DNA of 64,000 bases from positions 1,916-65,915 of the forward strand of contig JAZSLT010000010.1 of NCBI GenBank assembly GCA_045535515.1, read 5' to 3'. Below are positions 49,987 through 60,058 of the stretch, in pieces. The number at the start of each line of letters is the position of its first letter. The first letter of the stretch is position 1. Made by a program: the position numbers and the translations under genes. The DNA is from Clostridia bacterium. GTDB lineage: Bacteria > Bacillota > Clostridia > UMGS1883 > UMGS1540. The notes under the pieces are model-generated. The model made no database searches. It was not told the DNA's origin and saw only the letters and a list, made by a program, of their open reading frames with translations.

Positions 49987-52398
49987 TTACGACTCTTCCA
50001 ATATAGCGCGGAGCTTTTCGTCGTACTTTTCGCTTAGCTCTGCAGCGTATTCCTCCTTGTCGGCATGCGCGATAATCCGGCAGGCGGCGCGGCGGCTGTC
50101 CGGCAAAATCAGCACCCAGCCATGCGCTTCTTCAAACCTTACGCCGTCTGTTTTGTTTTCCGCCGGTGCGCTTTCCGATAAAACGCGCATCAGGCGCCCC
50201 TTGTCGCCCTGCGCGCAAGGCACCTCGCGCCGCCGTATATAAAAGGGTGGAATTTCATCGATGAGGGAGGAAAGGGTGACCTTTTGGCGGTGCAGGAAAT
50301 CGAGAATCCGGATAACGGCCCCCACCGCATCAAAACGGAGAATAAACTGCTCCTCCATATCGGCCTCGCCGCCCGAAAGACCGCACAAAAGCGAGACGGG
50401 AGAGTCCGCCGTGCGAATGACGGTGGCGCCCCATCGGGACGCCATGTCCTCCAGCACAAGAGGCATGGAGGCGGGGGCGAGGATGCGGGCGTTTTTGTGC
50501 TTTCGCATCACGAGGAGAGCGCAAAGGAGGGCGTAGACATCGGCATCGAGAACTCTTCCGCGCTCATCTACCAAAAGCAGCTGTTCGCACTTTTCGTCCA
50601 AAACGGCACCAAACAAGCAGCGCTCCTTTACTACCCGCTCGGCAAAGCGGCGAAGCTTTTCCGCATTGTCGGGAGAGGGGGCGGCATCTTCCGTAAGAAG
50701 GGTAAAGCCGAGCTCGGCGGCGGCGGAGGAGAGAAGGCGGTCGCCCCAATCCGAGGCGGAGGCGGCTAAAATGCGCATCTCGGGCATTTTCTCCGTACCG
50801 CGCAAATTCTGGCGAAGATAATAGAGCTTATATTCATACGCATCGGTGACCGCAGGGAGGGCGCTTGCCTCGCCAAGCGTAAAATCTTCCCTGGAAAAGC
50901 GCGTGCGGAGTGTGCGCATTTCTTCCGTGGACAGCGCACCGCCGCCTTTCCCTAAAATCTCTAAAAAGCCGCTGTTTTCCTGTGTGGAGGCGTGTACGGC
51001 GGCCGAAAGACCGTACACCTTCGCGGCCGAGCGCGTAATGGGCAGCGGCTGGCTGCCAAAGTCCACCACCTCTTGCCCTGTGGACATAATGCCGCTTTGT
51101 ACGGCGTATTTGAGCATAAGGCTTGCGGGACTGCCGTCCGCCGCAATACCGATGCGCCCGCGCCGCACCGTGGAAAGGGCCTGTCCGAGCTTTTGGGCAG
51201 AGGCGGGCGTAAGCTCACTCCCCACGCGTCCGCCTGCGCCGCGCTCTGTAAAAAGCTCGTCCGCCTGCATACTTCCCCACACGAGGCTGGTGGACAGAAT
51301 TTCGCCTGCCCCCACTACCTTGGAGGGCCACACGCGCACGCCCGGCCGCACAACGGCATCCGCCCCCACCCGGCAATCCTCGCCGAGAACCGATTGCTCA
51401 TAAACGGCTGCACCTTCGCCTACCCGGGCGCGGTTGCAAACAATACTGCCGCGGATTTGTGCGTTTTTTTCTACCGTTACATGGTCAAGAAGAACACTCC
51501 GCTTGATAGAGGCACCCGACTCCACCACGCACCCTTCGCCGATAGAGGTGTAGGCATCCACGCGGGCGCCGCTTTTGATGTGGGAATTTTTCCCAATAAG
51601 CACCGGCGGGGTAAGAATGGCACCGGCCTCAATAACGGCGCCCTCCTCGGCATATACGCCCTCCGAGAGGCGGCAGGCGTCCATGGGAAGGCTGATTTTG
51701 CCGGCGAAAATATCATAATGACAATGGCGGTACGCATCCAAATCGCCGATATCGCACCAGTAGGAAGAGGAAACATATCCATATAAAGGGCGGTTTTCCG
51801 CCAGAAGGCGCGGGAAAATATCCTTCGAAAAATCCGAGGGGAGCGAGGTGCAAAGCGACAGGACGGAAGGGTTTAAGATATAAATGCCGGTGTTGACCGT
51901 ATCGGAAAAAACCTGGCTCCACGACGGCTTTTCGAGAAAACGGACGATGCGGCCTTCTTTATCCGTTACCACCACGCCGTACGAAAGCGGAATATCCATG
52001 GGGGAAAGAAGGAGGCTGGCCTCGGCGCCCTTTGCTTTATGGAAGGCAAGGAAGGAAGAGAGGTCCGCGTCGGTCAAGGCATCGCCGCTGACAACGAGAA
52101 AATCATCGTCTAAAAAATCGCCCGTGTTTTTCACGCTGCCGGCGGTGCCAAGCGGCGTGTCCTCCAGAAAATAGGTGAGGTGTACGCCGAAGGCGGAGCC
52201 GTCCCCAAAATAGGAGCGGATATGCTCCGGCATATACTGGAGCGTGACGCCGATTTCGGTGATGCCGTGCTTTTTGAGTAGCACGATAATGTGCTCCATG
52301 ACCGGTCGGTTTACAATGCGGGAGAGGGGCTTTGGCAGAGAAGAGGTTAAAGGTCTCAGGCGCGTACCCTCGCCGCCCGCCATAATGATTGCTTTCAT
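49987..52398 (-). CDS. bifunctional sugar-1-phosphate nucleotidyltransferase (GMPP-like + LbH) / phosphomannomutase-phosphoglucomutase family protein
   Basis: N-terminal [21 protein letters not shown]-transferase motif, left-handed beta-helix hexapeptide repeats, and a C-terminal PGM/PMM domain. 803 aa. Confidence 0.65.
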   Translation of the reverse strand: MKAIIMAGGEGTRLRPLTSSLPKPLSRIVNRPVMEHIIVLLKKHGITEIGVTLQYMPEHIRSYFGDGSAFGVHLTYFLEDTPLGTAGSVKNTGDFLDDDFLVVSGDALTDADLSSFLAFHKAKGAEASLLLSPMDIPLSYGVVVTDKEGRIVRFLEKPSWSQVFSDTVNTGIYILNPSVLSLCTSLPSDFSKDIFPRLLAENRPLYGYVSSSYWCDIGDLDAYRHCHYDIFAGKISLPMDACRLSEGVYAEEGAVIEAGAILTPPVLIGKNSHIKSGARVDAYTSIGEGCVVESGASIKRSVLLDHVTVEKNAQIRGSIVCNRARVGEGAAVYEQSVLGEDCRVGADAVVRPGVRVWPSKVVGAGEILSTSLVWGSMQADELFTERGAGGRVGSELTPASAQKLGQALSTVRRGRIGIAADGSPASLMLKYAVQSGIMSTGQEVVDFGSQPLPITRSAAKVYGLSAAVHASTQENSGFLEILGKGGGALSTEEMRTLRTRFSREDFTLGEASALPAVTDAYEYKLYYLRQNLRGTEKMPEMRILAASASDWGDRLLSSAAAELGFTLLTEDAAPSPDNAEKLRRFAERVVKERCLFGAVLDEKCEQLLLVDERGRVLDADVYALLCALLVMRKHKNARILAPASMPLVLEDMASRWGATVIRTADSPVSLLCGLSGGEADMEEQFILRFDAVGAVIRILDFLHRQKVTLSSLIDEIPPFYIRRREVPCAQGDKGRLMRVLSESAPAENKTDGVRFEEAHGWVLILPDSRRAACRIIAHADKEEYAAELSEKYDEKLRAILEES

Positions 52399-52410
52399 AG
52401 GTACATCTCC

Positions 52411-52791
52411 TTAAAAAATATTGTACAGGGATAATTTTTCCCGCGCGTGGATATGCTCTGCAAGGGCGCGCAGCGTTTTCGCCTCCGCCACAAGCTCCGG
52501 CCCCTCGCGCATGCGGAGAAAGCCGGAGGCGGCGGCGGTAGTGATAAGGATATCATCGAGGAGTGCGTGGTCGGTAAAGGAGGCAAGGCGGGGCGAGGCT
52601 TTTTCCCATTCGCTATGGAGCCTTGCCATCGCCCGCTCGCTTTCCTCCCAATCCTCTTCCTCCGCGGCCGCGGAAAGCGCATCGACAAGGGAGACGAGGT
52701 TTTCGCTCTCGGAATAAAGGTAGCGGTCATAAAAAACGAGGCCGGTCACCAGCACCAGAAGAAGGACAAGTGAAAAGATAAAGGTGCGCAT
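52411..52791 (-). CDS. DUF4363-family protein
   Basis: ~126 aa with an N-terminal TM helix. Start moved to MRTFIF (52791) with an AGGAGG RBS. Paired with DUF421 as is usual. Confidence 0.45.
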   Translation of the reverse strand: MRTFIFSLVLLLVLVTGLVFYDRYLYSESENLVSLVDALSAAAEEEDWEESERAMARLHSEWEKASPRLASFTDHALLDDILITTAAASGFLRMREGPELVAEAKTLRALAEHIHAREKLSLYNIF

Positions 52792-52801
52792 AAAAACCTC
52801 C

Positions 52802-53425
52802 TTATTTTTCTTTTTTCTGCCATGTGAGGCCGTCTTTTTTTGTGTAGGTAGCGAGGAAAACATCGCGAGGGCGCGTGTCACCCAGCATTTTTTGGAGCTT
52901 CTCTTCGGAAAGGCCGCATTTTTTAAGGTTTTCCGAGAGAACGCGGCCGTCGCTTATAAGGGTGTAGGGAAGCGAGCCGCCCTCGGATTTCGGAAAGGCG
53001 CTGATGCTGCCGTCCGTTTCCACAATCGCAATTTCCACCTCCGAAACGCTTTGGATGTCCTTTTTGCGAAGCTCGTCCTCCACATCGTCAATATTCACGC
53101 GCAGGCGGCGCATCTCGCGCTCGTCTAAAACACCGCCGCGGATGATAATGGCCGGCCGACCCAGCAAAAAGGCGCGCGCGTACCCCGATTTTAGGCTGAC
53201 GAAGGACAAAACGATTTCCAAAATGACGAGGGCACAAATCGGAATAAGACCGGAAAGAAGCGGAATACCCGTATCCTGCATGGGGACGGCGGCAAGGTCG
53301 CTGAGCATCAGCGTTACCACCAGCTCAAACGGCTGCAGCTCTCCGATTTGCCGCTTGCCCATAATGCGCATGGCCAGAATAACGGTAAAATACAGAATAA
53401 TCGTTCGCGCAAAAGAAATAATCAT
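52802..53425 (-). CDS. DUF421 (YetF-like) membrane protein
   Basis: Two or three TM helices plus the C-terminal YetF-like domain. Start at MIISFARTI (53425) with a GGAGGA RBS. Confidence 0.55.
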   Translation of the reverse strand: MIISFARTIILYFTVILAMRIMGKRQIGELQPFELVVTLMLSDLAAVPMQDTGIPLLSGLIPICALVILEIVLSFVSLKSGYARAFLLGRPAIIIRGGVLDEREMRRLRVNIDDVEDELRKKDIQSVSEVEIAIVETDGSISAFPKSEGGSLPYTLISDGRVLSENLKKCGLSEEKLQKMLGDTRPRDVFLATYTKKDGLTWQKKEK

Positions 53426-53565
53426 AGGGGCATCCTCCGGCGGCGGGCCGTTTTTTTTTCGCACGAGGCTTGCTTTCCCGCCATTTTTTGTGTATACTTA
53501 TTATGTACAGACAACCGGAATTTATGCTTTAAAAATTTTAAAAGGATAGGGGGCGAAGAAGGGGT

Positions 53566-55584
53566 ATGGTACGGCTGGACGACAGCATAGATACATTGGC
53601 CGGTATAGGCGAAAAAACGAAGGAAAAACTGGAAGAAATCGGGATTTTTACGATTTATGATGCCCTTTTGTATGCGCCCCTTCGGTATGAGGACAGGCGT
53701 GAGAAAAAGCCGATTGCAAGCCTTCTGGACGGAGAGAGGACAGGCACTTTGGCGATGGCGAGTGGGGCGATGGCGGTGCGCCGCGCGGGCGGCAAAACGC
53801 TCTATACGCAAGTCTTTCGCGACGGGAGCGGCCTTTTGCGCGTCACCTGGCAGAATACGCCGTATATTATGCGGAGCATACGGCAGGGGGTACAGTATAC
53901 CCTGTATGGCCGCGTCAGTATCCGCGGCGGTGTGCGCCGCATGTTTGCGCCCATTTGTGAGCCGCAGGGTGCGCCGCCGAAAAAGCTTGGAAAAATCGTT
54001 CCCGTATATCCCCTTGGCGGGCAGGTGACGCAAACGATGGTTTCGGGCGTTATCGAAAGCGCGCTTGCCGCGATGCCGCCGCATTTCCCCGAAATTTTGC
54101 CCGAGAAGGCAAGGCACGCCGGCGGCCTTATGGAAAAAGCCGAAGCCGTACGCGCTCTGCACCGTCCTTCTTCCATGGAGGAGGCGCAAAGGGCGCTCGA
54201 GCGCCTGAAGTTTGAGGAGCTTTTTCTCCTCTTTACGGGCATGCAGCAACAAAAAAAGAGCCTTTCCGAAAAGAAAGGACTCGTACTGTCTTGTGATATG
54301 GCGCCGTTTTTCGCCTCGCTTCCCTTTGCGCTTACAAAGGGGCAGGCGGCGGCGGTGGAGGATATCGGGCGCGATATGGAAAGCGGACGCGTGATGAACC
54401 GCCTTATAGAGGGCGATGTGGGCAGCGGCAAAACGGCGGTAGCCGCCGCCGCGTTATACCGCGCCGCCGCCTCAGGAGGACAGGGGCTCCTGATGGCACC
54501 TACCACGCTCCTGGCCGCCCAGCACGCCGCCACGCTTTCGGCGCTTTTGCCGCACGAGGAAATTTGTCTTTTAACCGGCAAGCTTTCGGCGAGAGAGCGG
54601 CGCGAGGCCGAAAGAAAAATAGCCGACGGCACCGCGCGCGTTATCGTGGGGACGCAGGCCGTTTTAAGTGAAAAGCTGAAGCTCGAACGCGTGGCGCTCG
54701 TGATTGTGGACGAGCAGCACCGCTTTGGCGTTCGCCAGCGCGGCTTTCTCTCGGGCCTTTCCCAAAACCCGCATGTGCTGGTGATGAGTGCCACGCCCAT
54801 TCCGCGCACCCTTTCGCTCACACTTTACGGCGATTTGGATATTTCCGTTTTGCCCGCGAGGCCAAAGGGACGGCAGGCGGTGGAAACCTTTGCGGTGCCG
54901 CCTTCCTATCGCGAGCGGATTTATCGTTTTATAAAGAAGGAGCTGGAAAAGGGGAACCGTGCGTACATCCTTTGTCCCCTGGCGACGGACGGGGGCGAGA
55001 GCGGACTTTCCGATGTGGAAAGCTACGCGGCCGCGCTTTCCGATGTTTTCGGCGCCGACACCGTTTTGGCCCTGCACGGCAAAATGCGCGACAAGGAAAA
55101 AATTATGGAGGCCTTTTCTACAGGGAAACCGAAGGTGCTCGTATCGACAACGGTGGTGGAGGTAGGCGTCGATGTGCCGTCGGCCACGGTTATAGTGATT
55201 GAAAACGCCGAGTGCTTTGGCCTTTCCCAGCTGCATCAGCTGCGCGGACGCGTGGGGCGCGGTACGGAAAAGTCGTATTGCATCCTCATTTCCGAGCCGC
55301 GCACAAAGGAAGCGAGCGCGCGCCTTTCTACCATGCAGCGCACGGAGGACGGGTTCCGGATTGCCGAGGAGGACCTTCGCCTTCGCGGGCCGGGCGAGTT
55401 TTTCGGGGTGCGGCAGCATGGGCAGCTGCAGCTATTATATGCCGATGTGCTGGCAGACAGCCGCCTTCTGACTTTGGCGCACAGGGAGGCCGCGCGCCTT
55501 TTGGCGGAGGACCCAACGCTCGGAAAATATCCCGCCGTGCGGGAGGCGACAGGAAAGCTTTACGCGCGGTTTGCGATGAATTAA
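53566..55584 (+). CDS. recG: ATP-dependent DNA helicase RecG
   Basis: Wedge domain, SF2 helicase motifs (GDVGSGKT; DEQH) and 672 aa. Confidence 0.9.
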   Translation: MVRLDDSIDTLAGIGEKTKEKLEEIGIFTIYDALLYAPLRYEDRREKKPIASLLDGERTGTLAMASGAMAVRRAGGKTLYTQVFRDGSGLLRVTWQNTPYIMRSIRQGVQYTLYGRVSIRGGVRRMFAPICEPQGAPPKKLGKIVPVYPLGGQVTQTMVSGVIESALAAMPPHFPEILPEKARHAGGLMEKAEAVRALHRPSSMEEAQRALERLKFEELFLLFTGMQQQKKSLSEKKGLVLSCDMAPFFASLPFALTKGQAAAVEDIGRDMESGRVMNRLIEGDVGSGKTAVAAAALYRAAASGGQGLLMAPTTLLAAQHAATLSALLPHEEICLLTGKLSARERREAERKIADGTARVIVGTQAVLSEKLKLERVALVIVDEQHRFGVRQRGFLSGLSQNPHVLVMSATPIPRTLSLTLYGDLDISVLPARPKGRQAVETFAVPPSYRERIYRFIKKELEKGNRAYILCPLATDGGESGLSDVESYAAALSDVFGADTVLALHGKMRDKEKIMEAFSTGKPKVLVSTTVVEVGVDVPSATVIVIENAECFGLSQLHQLRGRVGRGTEKSYCILISEPRTKEASARLSTMQRTEDGFRIAEEDLRLRGPGEFFGVRQHGQLQLLYADVLADSRLLTLAHREAARLLAEDPTLGKYPAVREATGKLYARFAMN

Positions 55585-55606
55585 AGAATTAAAGGAGAAA
55601 AGAAGT

Positions 55607-56389
55607 ATGAAAATATTGGTTTTTGCGGACCTTCACTACTATAGCGGCACCGAGCCGAAATTTGACACGAGTAAAAAGCTTGTGCAGTATGCCGACGCGA
55701 TGCTGCAGGCGCTTATTAAGAAGGCAGAGGAAGAAAAGGTCGATTTTGTTGTCAATCTGGGCGACAGTATTCAGGATAACAACGATAAAGAGGGCGACAA
55801 GGAGAGCCTTCGCCTTGTTTTCGAGAGACAAAAGGCGTTTCCCTGCCCGTGCTATACGGTACTCGGTAATCACGATATGAAAATGATGGACAGTAAAAAG
55901 GAGGTCGAGGCCATTTTAGGGTATGAAACGACCTATAGCTTTGACAGGGGCGGGTATCATTTCGTGTTTCTGACAACGGATGTCGATACGGAAAAGGACT
56001 TTTTGCGCGGCGGCATACACAGAACTTGGGTGCTCCCCGAAAAGACGCTCCGCTGGCTCGAAATCGATTTAGAGAAAAACACGCTGCCGTGTATCCTTTT
56101 TACCCACTTTGCCTTAGCGGAGGACGAAAGCATTACGGACGAATGTCTGTTCCTCAAAAACAGAAACGAGGTGAAGGCCGTTTTGGCCCGCCATGACAAT
56201 ATAAAGGCCGCCATCTGCGGCCACCAGCATATAGGAAGGGTACATAAAGAGGGCGGTATTCCCTATTATCTCATCGCATCTCCCACGGCGGCGGAGGAGG
56301 ACGCGCCGGGTGTGCCGTGCGGCGCGTATGCGATTTTGGAAACCGAGGGGGAAGAAGTTACGGTTTTGGAGAAACGCATCCGGCTGTAA
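55607..56389 (+). CDS. calcineurin-like metallophosphoesterase
   Basis: Motifs (ADLH, GDSIQD, GNHD and GHQH) in order. 260 aa. Confidence 0.7.
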   Translation: MKILVFADLHYYSGTEPKFDTSKKLVQYADAMLQALIKKAEEEKVDFVVNLGDSIQDNNDKEGDKESLRLVFERQKAFPCPCYTVLGNHDMKMMDSKKEVEAILGYETTYSFDRGGYHFVFLTTDVDTEKDFLRGGIHRTWVLPEKTLRWLEIDLEKNTLPCILFTHFALAEDESITDECLFLKNRNEVKAVLARHDNIKAAICGHQHIGRVHKEGGIPYYLIASPTAAEEDAPGVPCGAYAILETEGEEVTVLEKRIRL

Positions 56390-56390
56390 T

Positions 56391-56480
56391 GGAGCTAAAT
56401 TGACCTTCGGTCAGCTAAATTGCCTGCGGCAGCTAAATTCGCCTTGCGGCGAGCTGAATGTGCTTCGCACGCGAAATTAT
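56391..56480 (+). repeat. AGCTAAATT box/hairpin array (family C)
   Basis: AGCTAAATT-gacc-ttc-ggtc, AGCTAAATT-gcc-tgc-ggc, AGCTAAATT-cgcc-ttgc-ggcg, AGCTGAATG-tgc-ttc-gca, CGCGAAATT. It starts 2 nt after the phosphoesterase stop codon. Confidence 0.65.
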
Positions 56481-56490
56481 GGCAGACATT

Positions 56491-56530
56491 AAAAAAGGAT
56501 GGAATGCTTTTGCATTCCATCCTTTTTTGC
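56491..56530. terminator. bidirectional terminator (aaaaaaggatggaatgc-ttt-tgcattccatcctttttt)
   Basis: A 14-bp stem flanked by A6 and T6 runs, between convergent genes. Confidence 0.65.
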
Positions 56531-56538
56531 TATACAGA

Positions 56539-57012
56539 TTATTTTACATTTCCCTTTTTAATCTTGAGGCCGTAATAGATATACGCGGCAATCAGATAGA
56601 TGGCCAGGCAGACATAAAGGAAATTAAAGCGCGCGAGTGTGGTAGCTTCTCCGCCGATAGGAAGGAAGGGGATTTTAGATAAAAGCCCTGCCAGAAAAGC
56701 GGTAATGGTGCCATGCAGGATTTCGCGCATGAAGAAAGCGGCTACGGCAAAATAGGGGATAAAGAACAGCCATTTTTTGTCCTTTTTAACAAAGAACAGA
56801 ACGAGCATTGCCGCCACGCCCAAAACGCCGAGCCATCCGATGGCGAGAATGAGAATTCTGGTTTGTTCCGCATAAATGGAAACGAACCAGTTGTACAAAA
56901 AGAGGAGCAGCATCGCCGACACGAGGGCGATGGCCGTGGCCGTTACAATTTTGTTATCCAGAGCTTCACGAGCTTCGCGGGAAAGCTTCGTCTTTGGTTT
57001 TTCCTGTTTCAT
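56539..57012 (-). CDS. hypothetical polytopic membrane protein
   Basis: 157 aa with 4 predicted TM helices. No recognisable motifs. Confidence 0.4.
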   Translation of the reverse strand: MKQEKPKTKLSREAREALDNKIVTATAIALVSAMLLLFLYNWFVSIYAEQTRILILAIGWLGVLGVAAMLVLFFVKKDKKWLFFIPYFAVAAFFMREILHGTITAFLAGLLSKIPFLPIGGEATTLARFNFLYVCLAIYLIAAYIYYGLKIKKGNVK

Positions 57013-57353
57013 AAGAGACCTCCTAAAATGTTATATGAACTATTATACCTTTTTTGCCCGGCAAAGTCAAATCTTTTTGGAAAAAATTATGCGCGCTTCT
57101 TTTGGGCGGGAGATGCGCGCCGCGCGCCCGATGGCGGTGCACAAAACACGCGAGGGACAGGTGCGCAAAAGATGAAGTGGTGAAAAAGAAAACGAGGCGG
57201 TATACTGGGCTTGTCGGCAGGGGAACGGAAAAACGGCAAAGCCGCAAACTGTCCCGAAAACACAAAGTTTATTTGAAAGAAGAGAGGCGGGCTACCATAG
57301 CGGAGATGCCGACCGCTTTTTCTGCCGAATAAAACGAAAAAGGGGGTGAAACC

Positions 57354-59000
57354 ATGCAAAACAAAAAAAGAATACGCCAGAGCCTGATGAGCGAGGAGAA
57401 AAGGGAGCTGGCAAAAAAGTACCGGGATTTTTATCTTCGTGCATGGCAGGACAAGGCGCGCAGGGGACTGGGAGAACGCTTTGCGCTTTACGAAGCCTAC
57501 TGGGAGGGCGATGTAAACCTGCCCGAGTCGGAGAATGACCCGGGAAGCAGCACGAACATTGTCCACGCCAATGTGGAGGGGCAGGTGTCGCTGCTTTTGG
57601 AGCAGAGCATCGGGATACTGCCCGTACCCGTAACGCCTGACGATGCGCCCTTTGCGAAAACCGTGCAAAAGGTGCTGGAGTTTGTCAAGGAAAAAAACCG
57701 CCTGACGCGAAAGCTCGACCTGCACGAGCGGCGCAGAGAAAAATACGGAACCGGAATTTTTCGCGTGTCGTTTGACCCGGCGGCGCTCGATGGGGCGGGG
57801 CTGCCGGTTATTGAGGCGTGCAGTCCGCAGAACATCTTTGTAGACCCGGGTATTACCGATGTTTACCGCACCGAGGAGGCGGCCTTCATTATTGAAACGG
57901 TTTGCAAAACGGTACATTGGGCGAGAAGACAGTACGGCGATGCGGTGGCAGATGCCATTGTGCCGGGGTACAGACCGCAGTTTGAAGGAGAAGAAGGCGG
58001 CGAGGACACCTATTTGCACATGCTGGTCTGGACGAAGGAAGGGGGTAAGCTTCGTCTGGTGGAAATGACAGGCTGCGGCCTGATTTTATCCGACAGCTTT
58101 GAAGAGGGCGAAACCGATTTTTATCCGGGCGGGCGGTATCCTTACTTTTTCACCCCCCTTTACTACCGCGAAGGCTCCATCTGGGGCAAAGGGGATGTGG
58201 AGCTGCTGATTCCGCTGCAGGACCTTATCAACGACCTCGACGACCAAATCCGCATCAATGCACGCCTTACAGGCAATCCGCAGCGCCTGATTGAAACGGG
58301 CAGCGGCATTGATTTAGATGCTATGACAAACGAGGCCGGCCTGAACATTCCCACCACGAGTGTTTCGGCCGTGCGGAATCTGGAGGCACCGCCGCTTCCG
58401 GCATACATTCTCCAGCGGCGCGACACCGCCCTTCGCTACGAGAGCCAGCGCGTCACCCGTTTTTCCGACCAGATGACGGGTGCCAAGCAGGCAGGCGTAA
58501 ACACCGCTTCCGAGGCGATGGTGCTCCAGCAGGGCGGGCAGATGTCCATCCAGCACAAAAAGCTTCTCCTCCAGGAAACGCTTTCCGAGGTCTTTGCCTA
58601 CTGTCTCGAGATGATTCGGGCGTACTGGACCGAGGAGGTGGCCGTTCGCCTGACGGACAAGCCGACGGAATTTATTTTCTTCCGCGGCAGCGACCTTCGT
58701 GCCATAAGCCGAAGAGGCGGCGGCACGAAGGAGGCGGCATTTGACCTTGTGGTGACGGTGGGCGCAGGCCTTCCCACCAACAAGGCGGCGGCGTACCAGA
58801 TGATGAGCGACCTGTACGCCAAGGGGCTTGTAACGCCCCACGAGGTGCGCGCGTTTTTGGCGGACTATTTTGGTCTGCCGCTGGGAGAGGCGCCGGCTGA
58901 AGTGGATGAAGGCGGAAAACAGGCGGAAAAAGGCGCCAAAATCGAACATGCGGCGGCAGAAGGACTTTCGGCAGAAGGCGCGCCGCGCCGCAAGCGGTAA
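57354..59000 (+). CDS. putative phage portal protein
   Basis: 548-aa acidic protein that opens a scaffold + capsid module. The size, composition and position fit a portal. The assignment is by context, not by a recognised motif. Confidence 0.45.
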   Translation: MQNKKRIRQSLMSEEKRELAKKYRDFYLRAWQDKARRGLGERFALYEAYWEGDVNLPESENDPGSSTNIVHANVEGQVSLLLEQSIGILPVPVTPDDAPFAKTVQKVLEFVKEKNRLTRKLDLHERRREKYGTGIFRVSFDPAALDGAGLPVIEACSPQNIFVDPGITDVYRTEEAAFIIETVCKTVHWARRQYGDAVADAIVPGYRPQFEGEEGGEDTYLHMLVWTKEGGKLRLVEMTGCGLILSDSFEEGETDFYPGGRYPYFFTPLYYREGSIWGKGDVELLIPLQDLINDLDDQIRINARLTGNPQRLIETGSGIDLDAMTNEAGLNIPTTSVSAVRNLEAPPLPAYILQRRDTALRYESQRVTRFSDQMTGAKQAGVNTASEAMVLQQGGQMSIQHKKLLLQETLSEVFAYCLEMIRAYWTEEVAVRLTDKPTEFIFFRGSDLRAISRRGGGTKEAAFDLVVTVGAGLPTNKAAAYQMMSDLYAKGLVTPHEVRAFLADYFGLPLGEAPAEVDEGGKQAEKGAKIEHAAAEGLSAEGAPRRKR

Positions 59001-59037
59001 CCTTTTTACCGGCGGACGAGAAGGAAGGAGAAAAGGG

Positions 59038-59271
59038 ATGCAGATTTATTTACCCGAGGCCGTTGCGCGGAGAATGCGGCGGCATGCGTATTTACAGAGC
59101 ATTGACATCGAAAAGCTGCGCGACAACCCCGTTTGTCCGCGCTGCGAGAGGGCGGCGCTTCGCGACAAGGGCTGGTCGGAGGAGAAAATCGGCCATTGTC
59201 CCTATTGCGGACACCGCGGCCCCATGCCGGTAACGGTGGGAGAATATGCAGCGAAGGCGCTGTATAAGTAA
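59038..59271 (+). CDS. small zinc-ribbon protein (CPRC...CPYCGH)
   Basis: 77 aa with two CxxC pairs. Good RBS (GGAAGGAG). Confidence 0.4.
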   Translation: MQIYLPEAVARRMRRHAYLQSIDIEKLRDNPVCPRCERAALRDKGWSEEKIGHCPYCGHRGPMPVTVGEYAAKALYK

Positions 59272-59289
59272 AGAAAACAGGAGGAAATT

Positions 59290-60042
59290 ATGGCAAAAAC
59301 AAAAAAGCGTCCTAAGCCGCAGGACAAAAAAACGGCGGCAGGCGTCGGCACAGCCTCGAAAATCGCGCAGGCGGAGATGGCGGAGGAGCTTCTCTTCACG
59401 CTTTCCGAGGATGCACAAGAGGCAGAGGCCGAAACAGAAACGGCAAAAGAGGTGGAAGATACCGCGAAGGAAGGCGCAAAAGCGGAAGAGGCCGAGGACA
59501 AGGAAAAGGCGGAAATGCTGGCCATATTAAAACGGCTCATGGACGATATGGGCGTCAGCGGTATGGCGGCGCTCGTCGAGAAGATTGACGAGGCCGAGAA
59601 GAGAAAGCTGGTCCGCTCCTATGGTCTTGACGAGGCGGCGGCCGCTCTCTTTTTAGAGCAGCAGGAGAAGGTGCGGGCGCTGCGCGAGGCCAAGGAGAAG
59701 GCCGTGCGCGAGGCGATGTACGCCGAGATGCGCAAAAACCCCTTCTATGCCGATGTGGACAGCCGAAGAGAAGCGCTCGAAGCCTTTATTCTCCGCACAG
59801 GCACCACGCCCCGCGAGGCGTACGGCGCCCTGTTTGCCGAGGAGAGAATGGAGAAAATGGTACGCGAGATGGAAGAAAAGAAGAGCGCGGCCGAGAAAAA
59901 GGCCAAGCATATTCCGGCGCTTTCCGGTGGCGATGCGCCGGAAAATGAAGGCTACAAAAAGCTTTCGGAGGCTGAAAAGTGGGCGGCGGAGCGTGCGGGT
60001 ATGACGCCGCAGGAATACGCCCGCTACAAGTATGCGTATTAA
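59290..60042 (+). CDS. putative phage scaffolding protein (Ala/Glu/Lys-rich coiled coil)
   Basis: 250 aa, highly charged and helical, immediately upstream of the capsid gene. Typical scaffold position and composition. Confidence 0.5.
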   Translation: MAKTKKRPKPQDKKTAAGVGTASKIAQAEMAEELLFTLSEDAQEAEAETETAKEVEDTAKEGAKAEEAEDKEKAEMLAILKRLMDDMGVSGMAALVEKIDEAEKRKLVRSYGLDEAAAALFLEQQEKVRALREAKEKAVREAMYAEMRKNPFYADVDSRREALEAFILRTGTTPREAYGALFAEERMEKMVREMEEKKSAAEKKAKHIPALSGGDAPENEGYKKLSEAEKWAAERAGMTPQEYARYKYAY

Positions 60043-60058
60043 AAAATAAGAAAGGAAA

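Noticed and set aside
57054-57332. 92-aa ORF in the spacer before the portal gene as a possible small terminase
   Set aside because: No RBS, and the composition is extremely basic and repetitive (KKK/RRR runs). There is no helix-turn-helix pattern, and it is too short and unstructured for TerS.
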